Positions 34,964 to 45,005 are shown, counted from the first letter of the stretch. The stretch: DNA of 64,000 nt from an uncultured Clostridia bacterium (GCA_947385955.1 CANDNA010000001.1:167065-231064), one strand, 5' to 3'. The notes: a model not told the origin generated them from the letters alone. Numbers and translations are program-made.

Positions 34964-37210
34964 GTGAGAAATGAGTGTGTACATATGAGAATACGGCAAA
35001 GACTTATCACAGCACTTGCAGCGGCATTGGTTCTGTCCGGCAGCTTTCCGGCATTTATCACAAAAGCAGAACAGATATCGGAAGAAACCATAACGGAACA
35101 GGAAACTGCTGAAATGCAGGACGCAGGACTACCGGACGGGGAAGAGGCTGTAACCGGTGAGCAGCTACCGGATGACGAAGAGACTGTAACCGATGAGCAG
35201 CTACCGGATAACGAAGAGACTGTAGCCGATGAGCAACTGTCGGATAACGAAGAAACTGTAACCGATGAGCAACTGTCGGATGACGAAGAGACTGTAACCG
35301 ATGAACAACTGACGGATGACGAAGAAACTGTAACCGGCGGACAATTATCAGATGAGCCATCCTCATCAAAAATAACAGCCATGTCCGTCCGGGAAACGGA
35401 ATACCTCACGGAAACTGAAATAACAGAAGAAACGCCGAAGCCTGAAACTGCCTTTCCGGTTCCTGACGAGGCGCCCGCATTCCATGCCCGTATCAAATTC
35501 CATATGGGATATACTGTGACAGGCACTTTTACCGACTTTACGCCTGATATCGTCCTGATCGAAACACTGTTCTCAACAGATGGGGAGAACTGGCAGACTG
35601 TCAGGAACAGTGTGTGGAACCTGTTCTCACTGGGTACCGATGACGAAGCCAAATTACAGGCACTGCAAAATCAGACCTGCCTCGTTGCCAACCAGGAACC
35701 GCTGAAAAGTTATGCTGCGGGAGATATTGATCATTTTGATCTCAAACTGCGCATCACCAAAAAAAACGGGCTTTCCTATGAGACGCAGTCCGCAGCGATT
35801 ACCCGCGGCGGTGTACAGCCCCTCCCTGAGGGGACAGAATGCAGAGCCCGTTTTTCTCCTGCCATCATCGTCCGCGAACCTGCCTCGCCACCGTACCGTT
35901 ATTGCCAGTACGGCAGATACCAGCTCACCATATCTGCGGATTCCACAGCTGAGGATATTTCTGCGCTTTTGCCGGATACCCTTCCTGTTGAAATCCAGTT
36001 TGATCGTGGAGCGGATTTTATCGCAATCGGTGTTGTTGACTGCCCTGTCACATGGAAACCGCTGTCTCTTCCCCGTCTTTCGGCCGGTGAAAGCATAACG
36101 ATTCCGGATGCCGCTGAAGAGATCCTGGTTCCCGACGGTGCCACGGTTTCCACGCCTCTTGGAACTTTTCGGTTGGATAAACCGCTGAGCCTGGACAGTC
36201 CGCCATCCACGGACGAAGTCAGGCTGGTTCTGAATGTCAGCGCAGAAAATCCAAATCCCACCGGGGTATTGCGGGCCGGATTAAACGGATTGGAAATGGC
36301 ATTCCATTACAACCCCACCGGCGCCGCATCCATACAGGCATACATACTGACAGAGGGGGAATCAAAATGGACGGAACTGTCCGGGCTCTCACTGCTGGAA
36401 GAGTTCCGTCAGCCCTCCACTGCAAACAGCGGCTATGCGCTCCTGCTGCACAATGACCAGGAACCCTATCGCTCTTACCTGGCCGCCACAAAGGCGGGAG
36501 AAACTCCCACACCGTTCTTTGTGGGCCTGAAGATAAACGGCGGCATCTATGACGGCAGACAGCTCATCCTGGCATGGCCGGACATCTATGAACAGCTTCC
36601 TGACCTGCCGAAAGTCGGCGGCGCTGAAGGAAATGAAGGCAATGCCGGCGCGTACAACAGGGAGGACAGCACCGACGGCGGACAGCGGCCGGGCCTGCAA
36701 ACAGCGGAGGACAATCAGGAAAAACAGCCCCAAACCTCTGCCCCGGATACCGGCAGGCAAACGCAGCCCACAACCCCCGCCGGTATGCCTGAACCTGTTT
36801 CCGCAATCTCCGAAAGCCAGAGCATCACCGCCGCAGATGAGTCCGTTTCCGTTCCTCAGGGAAACCAGTTTGTCCCAGGACAGGAGCCGGACCTGTCTCC
36901 GGCGATACCGGATACCACCGATACATTTGTTATGAATCAGGAGGACAGACTTCCCTCTGCTCCCCTTGCCCCCTCTGCTCCCCCTGCGCCACAGGATGTG
37001 ACAAATACAAAAGAAAATCTCCCTGCCCCGCCTGTTGCGCAGACAGCCATTGAACATCCTGTGGGGAATGAGCGCCCCATCCCTCTTCTCCCGGTTACAG
37101 CAGTTGTGACAACAGTTGTCTGTATCGGCGGCGCCGCTGCCTGCAAAGCAGCAGGATACCGACCGTTTTACCTGCTTGTCAGAACGCTCAGAAGTATCCT
37201 GTACAGATAA
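34964..37210 (+). CDS. Cell-surface protein: signal peptide, six acidic 12-aa repeats, large beta-rich region, Pro/Thr/Gln-rich stalk, and a C-terminal hydrophobic anchor
   Basis: Signal peptide (MRIRQRLITALAAALVLSGSFPAF). Repeats EETVTDEQLPDN x6. Stalk ...PAPPVAQTAIEHPVGNERPIPLLP, then VTAVVTTVVCIGGAAAC, then a basic tail. No LPXTG motif was seen. Exact start is uncertain (34964 or 34985). Confidence 0.6.
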   Translation: MRNECVHMRIRQRLITALAAALVLSGSFPAFITKAEQISEETITEQETAEMQDAGLPDGEEAVTGEQLPDDEETVTDEQLPDNEETVADEQLSDNEETVTDEQLSDDEETVTDEQLTDDEETVTGGQLSDEPSSSKITAMSVRETEYLTETEITEETPKPETAFPVPDEAPAFHARIKFHMGYTVTGTFTDFTPDIVLIETLFSTDGENWQTVRNSVWNLFSLGTDDEAKLQALQNQTCLVANQEPLKSYAAGDIDHFDLKLRITKKNGLSYETQSAAITRGGVQPLPEGTECRARFSPAIIVREPASPPYRYCQYGRYQLTISADSTAEDISALLPDTLPVEIQFDRGADFIAIGVVDCPVTWKPLSLPRLSAGESITIPDAAEEILVPDGATVSTPLGTFRLDKPLSLDSPPSTDEVRLVLNVSAENPNPTGVLRAGLNGLEMAFHYNPTGAASIQAYILTEGESKWTELSGLSLLEEFRQPSTANSGYALLLHNDQEPYRSYLAATKAGETPTPFFVGLKINGGIYDGRQLILAWPDIYEQLPDLPKVGGAEGNEGNAGAYNREDSTDGGQRPGLQTAEDNQEKQPQTSAPDTGRQTQPTTPAGMPEPVSAISESQSITAADESVSVPQGNQFVPGQEPDLSPAIPDTTDTFVMNQEDRLPSAPLAPSAPPAPQDVTNTKENLPAPPVAQTAIEHPVGNERPIPLLPVTAVVTTVVCIGGAAACKAAGYRPFYLLVRTLRSILYR
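35141..35356. repeat. Tandem repeat, 6 x 36 nt (GAAGAGRCTGTAACCGRTGAGCARCTRYCGGATRAC), encoding E-E-T-V-T-D-E-Q-L-P-D-D/N
   Basis: Seen directly in the sequence. The minus-strand ORF 35058..35369 is its shadow frame. Confidence 0.8.
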
Positions 37211-37261
37211 CGGAAACAGAAAAAACGGTTCGGAAACCACCCTTGTATTTCCGAACCGTTT

Positions 37262-39193
37262 TTAATTTAGTTGTGGAAATTCCATGACAAATTTCGTGCC
37301 TTTCCCCACAGTGGAGTACACCTCAATTGTCCCCTGCATCTTTGTCACAATGCCATGAACAATATAAAGGCCCAGCCCCGTCCCGTTTTCCCTGTTCTTT
37401 TCCCCTACATAAAACCGCCGAAAGACAAGCGGCAGCTCCTCCCTGGGAATGCCGCAGCCGGTGTCCTCCACAGTCACGCAGATTTTATTTTCCCTGGTCC
37501 ATGCAGATACTGTGATGCTCCCGTTTCCGGGTGTGGCTTTCAGCGCATTGTAAATCAGATTCTCAAAAAGGATATTCAGCTTTTCCGGCTGTGCCATCAA
37601 AAACGCATCCTGCTCCGGCGGTTCCACAATCAGATACACGGACTGCACTGCAGCTTCTCCGCAATGGGCAGCGTATACCTCTGCAAGCATTTCCCGGACA
37701 GATACCGGGACCGGTTCTGCGTCAATCTTATCCAGTGCATTGATCGTAGAAAGTCCCTGCAGTCGCCTTGCCATTTCCCACTGTTTGGCCTGTGCCTGAT
37801 CCAGATAATTCTGCAGTTCCGCATCCACTCCTACACCGCTCCTTCGAATCGCCTCGATAAAAGACTGGGTAGCAAACACGGGGGCCTTTAAATCATGCGC
37901 CAGATCGGAAAAAAACGCCTTGCGCTCATTTAAAAGCTGCGTCACTTCCTTTGTGCGTTCCTTCACCTGTTCTTCCAGATGATTGGTCAGCATATCATTT
38001 TCCTTCAAAATACGGCGGTTGCGCGATACCATCACAGCGCCAAATAACAGCACCAGCAAAAGCCCGCACCACTCAAACTGCCAGAAAAAACGGATGGGTT
38101 CAAAACGGTTGGAAAAGAAAAGATTGGCCAGCAGCCCTGTGCCGAACACCGTGCAGCATACCGGCGTATAGCGGCTTTCCCAGTCCTGCACCGTCGCACT
38201 CCTCACTGAGAAAAAAACGGCAGCGCAAAAAGTAATGACATAATAAAGATCCGTCAGCCTGCCATGAACAAAAACCGCCCAGGACAATACCGGAATCAGC
38301 AGTCCCAGCGTCATCAGAACAGCCGGAAACGCCAGCAGGAATCTACGCGCCCATCGCCAGAGCCTGCTGCCGGCGGCGCCGGATGCCAATACCGTAAGCT
38401 GTACCACACAGAAACACAGACAGTACATCGCCAGACTCTGTATCAGAAACCAATACTGTACCAGAGGGAAAAAAACAAAATACGATAACAGAAATACAAA
38501 ATACCGCGCCATATACAGGGCATAGCTGCAGCACAGCACCCCAAACCAGCGGGCAAGCCTCCCCCCTGTCCTCCACAGGAAAAGCGTAAATACTGCCAGC
38601 GCCAGTGGAATCAGAAAAGCAAACGCATAGGCAAAACACTGGACACTGCGCACCTGAAAAAGCGTTTCAACCGTCCCCAGGGCTGGCGGAAAATACATAC
38701 CGCTGTAATATCCCAGCTCAGATGAAGTCTCCACGGACAGAATGTGCTCACCCGGTGTCAGCAAAAATGTAATCTGCCCGCTGCCCATTCCCCGGGCAAG
38801 CTCTATCCCGTCCAGCAGGACCGTATACCCGGAATACAGTTGGGGAAAATCTACCGACACAACCCGTTCTGTTCCGTCATAGCGCAGCGTCAGCTGATAC
38901 TGTGCCTGCCCATGCGGCAAAGCAGCCGGATCTCTGCGCTGCAGATTGGAAAACTCCCCGATATAAGTGGGCTTGTCCGTCACACGGCTATCCGTCAGCA
39001 GCCAGCCGTCAATGAGAAAGATGGGACTGCTCCGTCCCAAATCCGCCTCCGTCAGGCTGATCACACCGGATTTTCCATAAGGCGGCGGTGTATCATATTT
39101 ATTGTCCTTATCATAAAGCAACAGGAAAAGAAACACCATCATGATCAATACACACAATGTCCGGCGCCGGACTTTATGCTGTTTCATGTGCAT
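37262..39193 (-). CDS. Sensor histidine kinase with 7TMR-DISM-type N-terminus (extracellular domain plus 7 TM), HisKA and HATPase_c
   Basis: Extracellular domain and multiple TM helices. H-box FFSDLAHDLKAPV. N/G boxes LIYNALKAT, DTGCGIP, GTGLGL. Confidence 0.75.
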   Translation of the reverse strand: MHMKQHKVRRRTLCVLIMMVFLFLLLYDKDNKYDTPPPYGKSGVISLTEADLGRSSPIFLIDGWLLTDSRVTDKPTYIGEFSNLQRRDPAALPHGQAQYQLTLRYDGTERVVSVDFPQLYSGYTVLLDGIELARGMGSGQITFLLTPGEHILSVETSSELGYYSGMYFPPALGTVETLFQVRSVQCFAYAFAFLIPLALAVFTLFLWRTGGRLARWFGVLCCSYALYMARYFVFLLSYFVFFPLVQYWFLIQSLAMYCLCFCVVQLTVLASGAAGSRLWRWARRFLLAFPAVLMTLGLLIPVLSWAVFVHGRLTDLYYVITFCAAVFFSVRSATVQDWESRYTPVCCTVFGTGLLANLFFSNRFEPIRFFWQFEWCGLLLVLLFGAVMVSRNRRILKENDMLTNHLEEQVKERTKEVTQLLNERKAFFSDLAHDLKAPVFATQSFIEAIRRSGVGVDAELQNYLDQAQAKQWEMARRLQGLSTINALDKIDAEPVPVSVREMLAEVYAAHCGEAAVQSVYLIVEPPEQDAFLMAQPEKLNILFENLIYNALKATPGNGSITVSAWTRENKICVTVEDTGCGIPREELPLVFRRFYVGEKNRENGTGLGLYIVHGIVTKMQGTIEVYSTVGKGTKFVMEFPQLN

Positions 39194-39209
39194 ACCCCTT
39201 CTTTTCTAT

Positions 39210-40661
39210 TCATGATATATCGGGATTCTTTGCAGGTACAAACCGATATCCCTGTCCCCATACCGTTTCAATAAAATGGTGACCGCTCCATGCCTTTTCC
39301 AGCTTCCGGCGAAGCCGCGACATATGCATCTGCACCAGCTGCCCGCCGTCCCAGGGCTGGCCGCTCCATATCATGCCGTAAATTTCCTCCGGTGTAAAAA
39401 TATGCCCCGCGTTTTTTGCAAAACGATACAGAATATCAAATTCAACCGGTGTAAGGAGCAGTTCTTCCCCGTCCATCCACACCCTGCGCTTTGTCAGATC
39501 CAGGAGGAGCGGGCCATAACTCATCTGTGTACGCTCTGATTTCGCCAGCCGGATACGTGTCTCCACCTTCGTCCAGAACAACTCCGCAGATGTATCCTTC
39601 GTAATATAGTCAATACCGCCGGACACAAATCCCTCCACCTGCTTATCCGGTTCTGTCAGACAGCTCAGGAAAATAACCGGTATATCCATTAACTTATGAA
39701 ACCTTTCACAGACAGAAAACCCATTTTCACCGGGAATCATCACATCCAGCAGCACACAGTCGCAGGGGGCTTCCGCCGCCAGACGCAGCGCATCCTCTCC
39801 ATTGTCGGCCAGTTGCACAATACAGCCATGTCTTTGCAGGATATCCGCCCATACAATGCGGTCAGCCGGATCGTCATCTACCAGCAGAATCCTCCAGGGA
39901 CCGTCAGTGGGTTCCGGTCTGCCTGCGGCAGATGCACCGGTCTCTGTCCCCTCCCGGATCAGAAAGCGCATATAGGCGTCCTGAACCTGGCCTCGCCGCT
40001 GGCGCGATAACGGAATCCTGTCCCCATTCTTCATCACGACACAATTGATATCAATAGCCTGAATATAACGCAAATTGACAAGATAAGAGCGATGTGTCTT
40101 TAAAAACTCCGGCCTCGACATCAGCTTCTCTTCAAAATCCGCCAAAGTGGCAGTCACCTCACGGACAACGCCATCCGCCAGATGAAAGAACACGGTTTTA
40201 TTGATCACCTCCACATAGGCAAGCGCTGAAAAAACAATCCTGCCAACGCCTTCCCTGCTCTTTATGATAAATCCCTGTTCTGTCTGCACGGACAGTTCTC
40301 CTCTTACTTTATCCAGCAGTTTAAAAAAGGAGTCCGCACTGATCGGCTTCAACAGATAATAGTATGCCCCCACACTGTAACTTTCCACAGCAAATTCCGG
40401 GGATGCAGACACGAAAATAAGCCTTACATTCTCATCCAGTTTTCTCAGCTCCTGTGCCGCCCCGATGCCGCCGGTCCCCGGCATCAGGACATCCAGCAGG
40501 ACAAGGTCATATTCCCCGCCCTTCAGTTCACATAAAAAATCCGTGCTGTTCATAAAGTAATGACAATCCACAGAAATTTTCCGGCTTACCTGATATTCTG
40601 TCATCAGCTCCCTGATACGGGAAATTTCCCGCTCATCGTCATCACAGACTGCTATCCGCAT
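39210..40661 (-). CDS. Fused dual response regulator, REC-LytTR-REC-wHTH (OmpR-type trans_reg_C), ~483 aa
   Basis: REC1 (MRIAVCDDDE...LLDVLMPG...LLKP). LytTR (FLKTHRSYLVNLRYIQAI). Linker. REC2 (RILLVDDDPADR...LLDVMIPGENG...YITKD). Winged helix (LTPVEFDILYRFAKNAGHIFTPEEIY...VWGQGYRF). GGAGGA RBS at the chosen ATG 40661. Confidence 0.7.
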   Translation of the reverse strand: MRIAVCDDDEREISRIRELMTEYQVSRKISVDCHYFMNSTDFLCELKGGEYDLVLLDVLMPGTGGIGAAQELRKLDENVRLIFVSASPEFAVESYSVGAYYYLLKPISADSFFKLLDKVRGELSVQTEQGFIIKSREGVGRIVFSALAYVEVINKTVFFHLADGVVREVTATLADFEEKLMSRPEFLKTHRSYLVNLRYIQAIDINCVVMKNGDRIPLSRQRRGQVQDAYMRFLIREGTETGASAAGRPEPTDGPWRILLVDDDPADRIVWADILQRHGCIVQLADNGEDALRLAAEAPCDCVLLDVMIPGENGFSVCERFHKLMDIPVIFLSCLTEPDKQVEGFVSGGIDYITKDTSAELFWTKVETRIRLAKSERTQMSYGPLLLDLTKRRVWMDGEELLLTPVEFDILYRFAKNAGHIFTPEEIYGMIWSGQPWDGGQLVQMHMSRLRRKLEKAWSGHHFIETVWGQGYRFVPAKNPDIS

Positions 40662-40854
40662 GGTTCCATCCTCCGCACACAAATTTTCTCTGAAAGAATC
40701 GTGTCACTTATCAGAAGCATGATATCACAGTCTGCGCCCACAGGCAAATCGAATGTCGGACGGACACATTCGATAAGGACAGATAAAGCCGGCCTTACCT
40801 TTGGCCGACTCTATCACTTCCCTATGTAAAATTTATCTTCTGTACGAAAATCCG

Positions 40855-41496
40855 TTACTGCTCCAGCAAAGCCGCAGCCACACCCATATAAGTGATGGTG
40901 TCATCTGCGGAAAGATACTCTCCCTCATAAGGATTTCCCGATGCGTCAAAGATATAAACTTCCGTATCTGATTCGCCAAAGCCAATCTGAAATACCTCGT
41001 CCGTATACACATCCGTAACTGTCAGCAATGTCCATCCAATGCCATCTTCGTCTGTCTCGGTTTCTGCCGTGTAGGTGCCGCAGATCACATCGCCTTCGCC
41101 ATCACCGGAAAACATAAACAGAGAAGCCATCGGTGTTCCCGAAGGTTCGGTAAACATGGAAAATACAAGCTCTATTCCATCTTCGTTCGTGGCGTAAATC
41201 CCGGCCTCAATCATATCCGTGGAAACATCCAGAAGCGTAAATCCTTCCGATTCACTGCTGTCAGCAGCTTCCTCCTGGTTTTCTGCTTCTGCTTCCATAG
41301 TTTCTTCCTCTGACGGTTCCGCCTCCGGCTCTTCCTCCTTTGTCTCAGCAGCCGGTTTGGGAGCCGGTGTCTGTGCCTCAGCAGCCTGTGCGGGAGCCGG
41401 CGCTGCAGCCGGCGCTTCTGACTTGCTGCCGCAGGCTGTTGTCAACGATGCCACCAGCAATGCCGATAATACAATGGATACAAATTTCTTTTTCAT
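40855..41496 (-). CDS. Lipoprotein with Ala/Pro/Glu-rich linker and a ~110-aa C-terminal domain shared with the LysM protein at 43987..44775
   Basis: Lipobox LVASLTTAC|GS after MKKKFVSIVLSAL. Start chosen at ATG 41496 (the ORF track has a 31-aa extension). The C-terminal GFTLLDVSTDMIEAG...TDVYTDEVFQIGFGES is paralogous to GFTLDYNQLASWVYGG... of the LysM protein. Confidence 0.6.
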   Translation of the reverse strand: MKKKFVSIVLSALLVASLTTACGSKSEAPAAAPAPAQAAEAQTPAPKPAAETKEEEPEAEPSEEETMEAEAENQEEAADSSESEGFTLLDVSTDMIEAGIYATNEDGIELVFSMFTEPSGTPMASLFMFSGDGEGDVICGTYTAETETDEDGIGWTLLTVTDVYTDEVFQIGFGESDTEVYIFDASGNPYEGEYLSADDTITYMGVAAALLEQ

Positions 41497-41629
41497 TTTT
41501 TTACCTCTCTTTTTCTTTCCTTTGCACACGCCGTTTTTCATACAGATCCGGGCGTGTGCGCACAGATCTGCCGGTTGAAAATGTTTCAACAGTGCTTCCT
41601 TCTATATTTGTAACATCCTACTTTTGTTG

Positions 41630-43672
41630 TCAGCCAAAGATCAGTGTAACCGGCTCAACATAATAGGTATTGTTATAAATATCTGTCAGACAATAATAGA
41701 GCAGATACTCGCCCTCTCCCGACGGCGTATACTCGATTCCCACAGAACTGTCATACACAAACGGTTCATCCAGGCAATATGCATCGTCATATTCCCCGTC
41801 GTAAGTATAGTAATCGCATATAAGCTGTATCTCGTCGCCATCTTCCACAGGAATCAGGCCTTTCATACTCATACCATTTTCGTAAAAGCGGACTGCTCCT
41901 TCAATGATACCTGTCCCTTCTTCATTCCACCGGACGACAAGGTTCACATACTCACCGTTAAGTTCACAGGGAATATAGCCTTCCACACAATCCTCTGTTG
42001 TGGAAACATACAACGGGACAATTTCATCCCCCATCGCAAACCAGTATCCGTCATAGTCAACCATCAGCGCACCGTCGTCATCCACCTCGAAATAGTTATC
42101 TGTCCCCAGGTCGATATATCCCTCACCGTCATCGTAAAAAAGCTGCATTTGAATATCGCTGAGAATCTCCCAGTCCTCATCGGACAGGGTAAGCGCAAAA
42201 TACTCTCCTCTGTCCTCAACCGTCAATTCCCCGCCATCGTATGCGGTTTCTTCATAGCTGTCCGCATATCCGCTGACATATTCCTCATCAAACCAACTGC
42301 ATGCAGACCAATTGCTGAAATCAGGCAGACCGCCCGGCTCAGATCCGCCGTCCAGCGCCTCGACGGGCGTATTGGAACCGATATACTCCTGACCGCCCAC
42401 CACAATATTGGCAAACGTCCTGATAAATTCGGTGTACTCTCCTTCCAGGCCGATATCGCTGTAAATAGCAAGCATATTTTCAAACGCATCCATGTCATGA
42501 TACGGAACATAAACAGTCATCCCGTTGGCATTTGCAATATTTCCCGAAGCCGATGCATAGGTAACTGCGTCATCTACCGCATCCACCAGTTCCTTCGAGC
42601 CCTCAATGTCACAATTCTGTGCAAAATGCATCAGATCGATGGTATCGTAACTGTCATCTCCGAAAGACCTGGTATTACTGACCGAGTGAGACACGATCTT
42701 AAAATGGTTTCCGTCAAGCTGCTCTCTGGCATTGGAGGCAAATACGCAAAGTGCATTGTAAACATTGCCCATCTTTGTCAAATCAACGATGCTGAGTGTA
42801 CACTCGTTCATCGGATTCTCTTCCTGACACACCCGGATAAAATCATCCACAATCGTCTTTCCGATTTCCTCAGTGGGTGTGGAAGGATTCTCGCAGATCA
42901 GATTCAGCCAGTCCGTATAGAACCATCCGCTGCCCGGTTCGACTTCTTCCGAGCCGATCATATAGTCCGCATGATGCTCTGCCATGCAGGCAGTCTCCAC
43001 AGTCGCCATCAGACATGCATCAAAACCGATCCAATCAAATTTCACACCGGCATTTTCAAGTGCACTGTCAATCTCGTTGATCTGCATGGAGTCGCCGCCA
43101 AAATTCTCGTCAATACCATAGCCATAGAGCGCACCGCCTCCGTGATCCCACATAATCAGCACATTTCTGTTGGCAGGGTAGTGTTGCCCGCAATAACTCA
43201 CAAAGTCGGAAAGCGTTGAGGGATCGGTCATGGATCTTGCTCCCATGTCCTCCTCAACACAGACAAGCCCACCCTCCACGACCTGCCAGATCTGATTGGT
43301 ATCTGGGCTGATCAGATTGTTCTGCCATACGCCCGTCCCACCGGTGTACAACAGAATATTCACACTGTCATTGATCTTCGCCTCACACATTTCCGTAATG
43401 TCCGCAGTGGCCGCGCCATAGTTCGATTCAAGATCGGTGCCGCACATATACACCATAATCGTAAACTGATCGTCACTGCCATTGATTTCTGTCCGTCCGG
43501 GACGCTGTACAGGTCCGGAGGACGCCGTTCCTTCCGAAAATCCACTGCCATTCTGCCCACTTTCTTCATAAAGGGACACCGTTTCCTCCGCAAAGCTGCA
43601 TCCGTACAGCGTTCCGGCCAGAAGAAATGCAGCGACTGCCGCCAATCGTTTGTTTCTTTTTATCTTTCGCAT
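41630..43672 (-). CDS. Clostripain-like cysteine peptidase (family C11) lipoprotein, 680 aa
   Basis: Lipoprotein signal (LLAGTLYGCS). MVYMCGTDLESNYGAATADI start of the C11 domain. Catalytic dyad contexts IMWDHGGGALYGYG (His) and WIGFDACLMATVE (Cys). Confidence 0.8.
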   Translation of the reverse strand: MRKIKRNKRLAAVAAFLLAGTLYGCSFAEETVSLYEESGQNGSGFSEGTASSGPVQRPGRTEINGSDDQFTIMVYMCGTDLESNYGAATADITEMCEAKINDSVNILLYTGGTGVWQNNLISPDTNQIWQVVEGGLVCVEEDMGARSMTDPSTLSDFVSYCGQHYPANRNVLIMWDHGGGALYGYGIDENFGGDSMQINEIDSALENAGVKFDWIGFDACLMATVETACMAEHHADYMIGSEEVEPGSGWFYTDWLNLICENPSTPTEEIGKTIVDDFIRVCQEENPMNECTLSIVDLTKMGNVYNALCVFASNAREQLDGNHFKIVSHSVSNTRSFGDDSYDTIDLMHFAQNCDIEGSKELVDAVDDAVTYASASGNIANANGMTVYVPYHDMDAFENMLAIYSDIGLEGEYTEFIRTFANIVVGGQEYIGSNTPVEALDGGSEPGGLPDFSNWSACSWFDEEYVSGYADSYEETAYDGGELTVEDRGEYFALTLSDEDWEILSDIQMQLFYDDGEGYIDLGTDNYFEVDDDGALMVDYDGYWFAMGDEIVPLYVSTTEDCVEGYIPCELNGEYVNLVVRWNEEGTGIIEGAVRFYENGMSMKGLIPVEDGDEIQLICDYYTYDGEYDDAYCLDEPFVYDSSVGIEYTPSGEGEYLLYYCLTDIYNNTYYVEPVTLIFG

Positions 43673-43693
43673 ACCAAATCTCCTCTGTCCTGA

Positions 43694-43721
43694 CCATATG
43701 TGCTCTTGTCAATCGGAAGTA
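43694..43721. repeat. Copy A of a ~28-nt motif CRTATGTGYTCTTGTCAATCGRAAGTAY, in the leader of the C11 peptidase gene
   Basis: Direct sequence comparison with copies at 44894-44921 (inverted) and 45006-45033 (direct). About 24-26 of 28 positions identical. Confidence 0.7.
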
Positions 43722-43887
43722 TCCTGTCATATTCGTTTCTCTGATTACGGTTTTGCCGTGATTGCTACAGATGACAGTGTACAGTAACCATTCCAAAAAA
43801 GGAGGCCGTTTTCATGAATCGACCCAAAACTGCATTCAAACGACCAGTATTTCCATAGAGGTTCCCCCTGCTGCATTTCTGCCTGCA

Positions 43888-43920
43888 GGAAAAGGCGGGA
43901 GCCCCGCTCCCGCCTTTTCC
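43888..43920 (-). terminator. Perfect 15-bp-stem hairpin GGAAAAGGCGGGAGC-ccc-GCTCCCGCCTTTTCC, downstream of the LysM gene
   Basis: Exact palindrome seen in the sequence. No clear U-tract follows, so the terminator function is a guess. It could be a protein-binding palindrome. Confidence 0.4.
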
Positions 43921-43986
43921 TGTCTATCATACTGTTGTCACATCTTTTTCAATTCTGTCACATGCAGAATCCGGCAAAATATCCGC

Positions 43987-44775
43987 CTATGCTACATGCG
44001 TGTATCCCTCAATTGCTGTTTTGATTAAATCCAGCACCACTTCACGGGTCTGAACATTGATTGTGGCAGTTCCAAGATCTCCCATATCGAGCGCAATCGT
44101 GCCGTCACCAATCTCTGTTACAGAACAGGTCAGAGACAGTCCGTTCGTCTCATCGGTGATTGTCATGTACTCGCCGCTATACGTAACCGGCCCTACGAAG
44201 CTGGCAGCAGTCATATCGTCATCATCGGCAAAAATGATGATCCCATAATCACTTTCCTCATCCATTGCCATAATGACCGCTTCACCGGTCGTACTCATTC
44301 CTGCAAATCCGCCGTAAACCCATGAGGCAAGCTGATTATAATCCAGTGTGAATCCCTGCTCTGCTGCCGGGGCCTGCGGTACAGGTGCTGCCACAGATGC
44401 TTCCGGCGCAGGTGCTGCCGTCGCTGACGCTTCCGGTGCAGGCGTTTCTGCGGGTGCGGGTGTCGTTACAGGCGCTGCAGGCGCAGGTGCTGCCGCCGGC
44501 GCTGCATTTCCGTTCACCGCAGGAATTGCAAGCACCTGTCCCTTATAAATAATATAATTGCTCTTTACAACTCCGGAATTTGCATCATAGATGAGCTTCC
44601 ATAATTCTTCATCGCCGTATACCTTTTTGGCAATTTTCCTGAGATAATCATTTTTCTCAACCGTGTAAGTGCCCTGGCCGGCCTCTGCTCTGACAGACGG
44701 GGCAGGCGCTGCCACAAATGCAAGCGCCAATGCAGCCGTTACCAGTAAGCCTTTTGCTAAACTTTTCAGTTTCAT
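43987..44775 (-). CDS. Secreted LysM-domain protein with Ala/Pro-rich linker and a C-terminal domain shared with the lipoprotein at 40855..41496
   Basis: Start at MKLKSLAKGLLVTAALALAFVAA (AGGAGG RBS). The ORF track has a 48-aa extension. LysM: GTYTVEKNDYLRKIAKKVYGDEELWKLIYDANSGVVKSNYIIYKGQVLAIP. Confidence 0.7.
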   Translation of the reverse strand: MKLKSLAKGLLVTAALALAFVAAPAPSVRAEAGQGTYTVEKNDYLRKIAKKVYGDEELWKLIYDANSGVVKSNYIIYKGQVLAIPAVNGNAAPAAAPAPAAPVTTPAPAETPAPEASATAAPAPEASVAAPVPQAPAAEQGFTLDYNQLASWVYGGFAGMSTTGEAVIMAMDEESDYGIIIFADDDDMTAASFVGPVTYSGEYMTITDETNGLSLTCSVTEIGDGTIALDMGDLGTATINVQTREVVLDLIKTAIEGYTHVA

Positions 44776-44893
44776 CTTAATCCTCCTGATCACAAATTGA
44801 AAGTTTCCCTCTCTGTTTTGGATTATTATACAGCAGCCATCAGGAAATACTGCTCCTTTTGCATGAATCGACCGGAATATGCACTCAATCGAC

Positions 44894-44921
44894 TGTACCT
44901 TCGATTGACGAGGACACATAC
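44894..44921. repeat. Copy C (inverted orientation) of the 28-nt motif. With copy B it bounds a ~140-bp MITE-like unit.
   Basis: GTACCTTCGATTGACGAGGACACATACG is the reverse complement of the copy at 45006-45033, with 3 mismatches. Confidence 0.7.
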
Positions 44922-45005
44922 GCCTCTGTTGTCTGTCTTGAAACTGCTGAAATTCTCTCCGCTTGAGGTCGCAGAGTCAGGCACAAGGAGATTTGGCGTC
45001 CTGAC

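Noticed and set aside
35058-35369. Minus-strand ORF with RLQSLRHP repeats
   Set aside because: It is the antisense reading of the 36-nt acidic tandem repeats in the surface-protein gene.
41624-43219. 531-aa plus-strand ORF
   Set aside because: It is antisense to the clostripain-like C11 peptidase gene, which has clear catalytic motifs. It has no domain or RBS support.
44348-44548. Ala/Gly-rich 66-aa plus ORF
   Set aside because: It is the shadow of the Ala/Pro-rich linker of the LysM protein.
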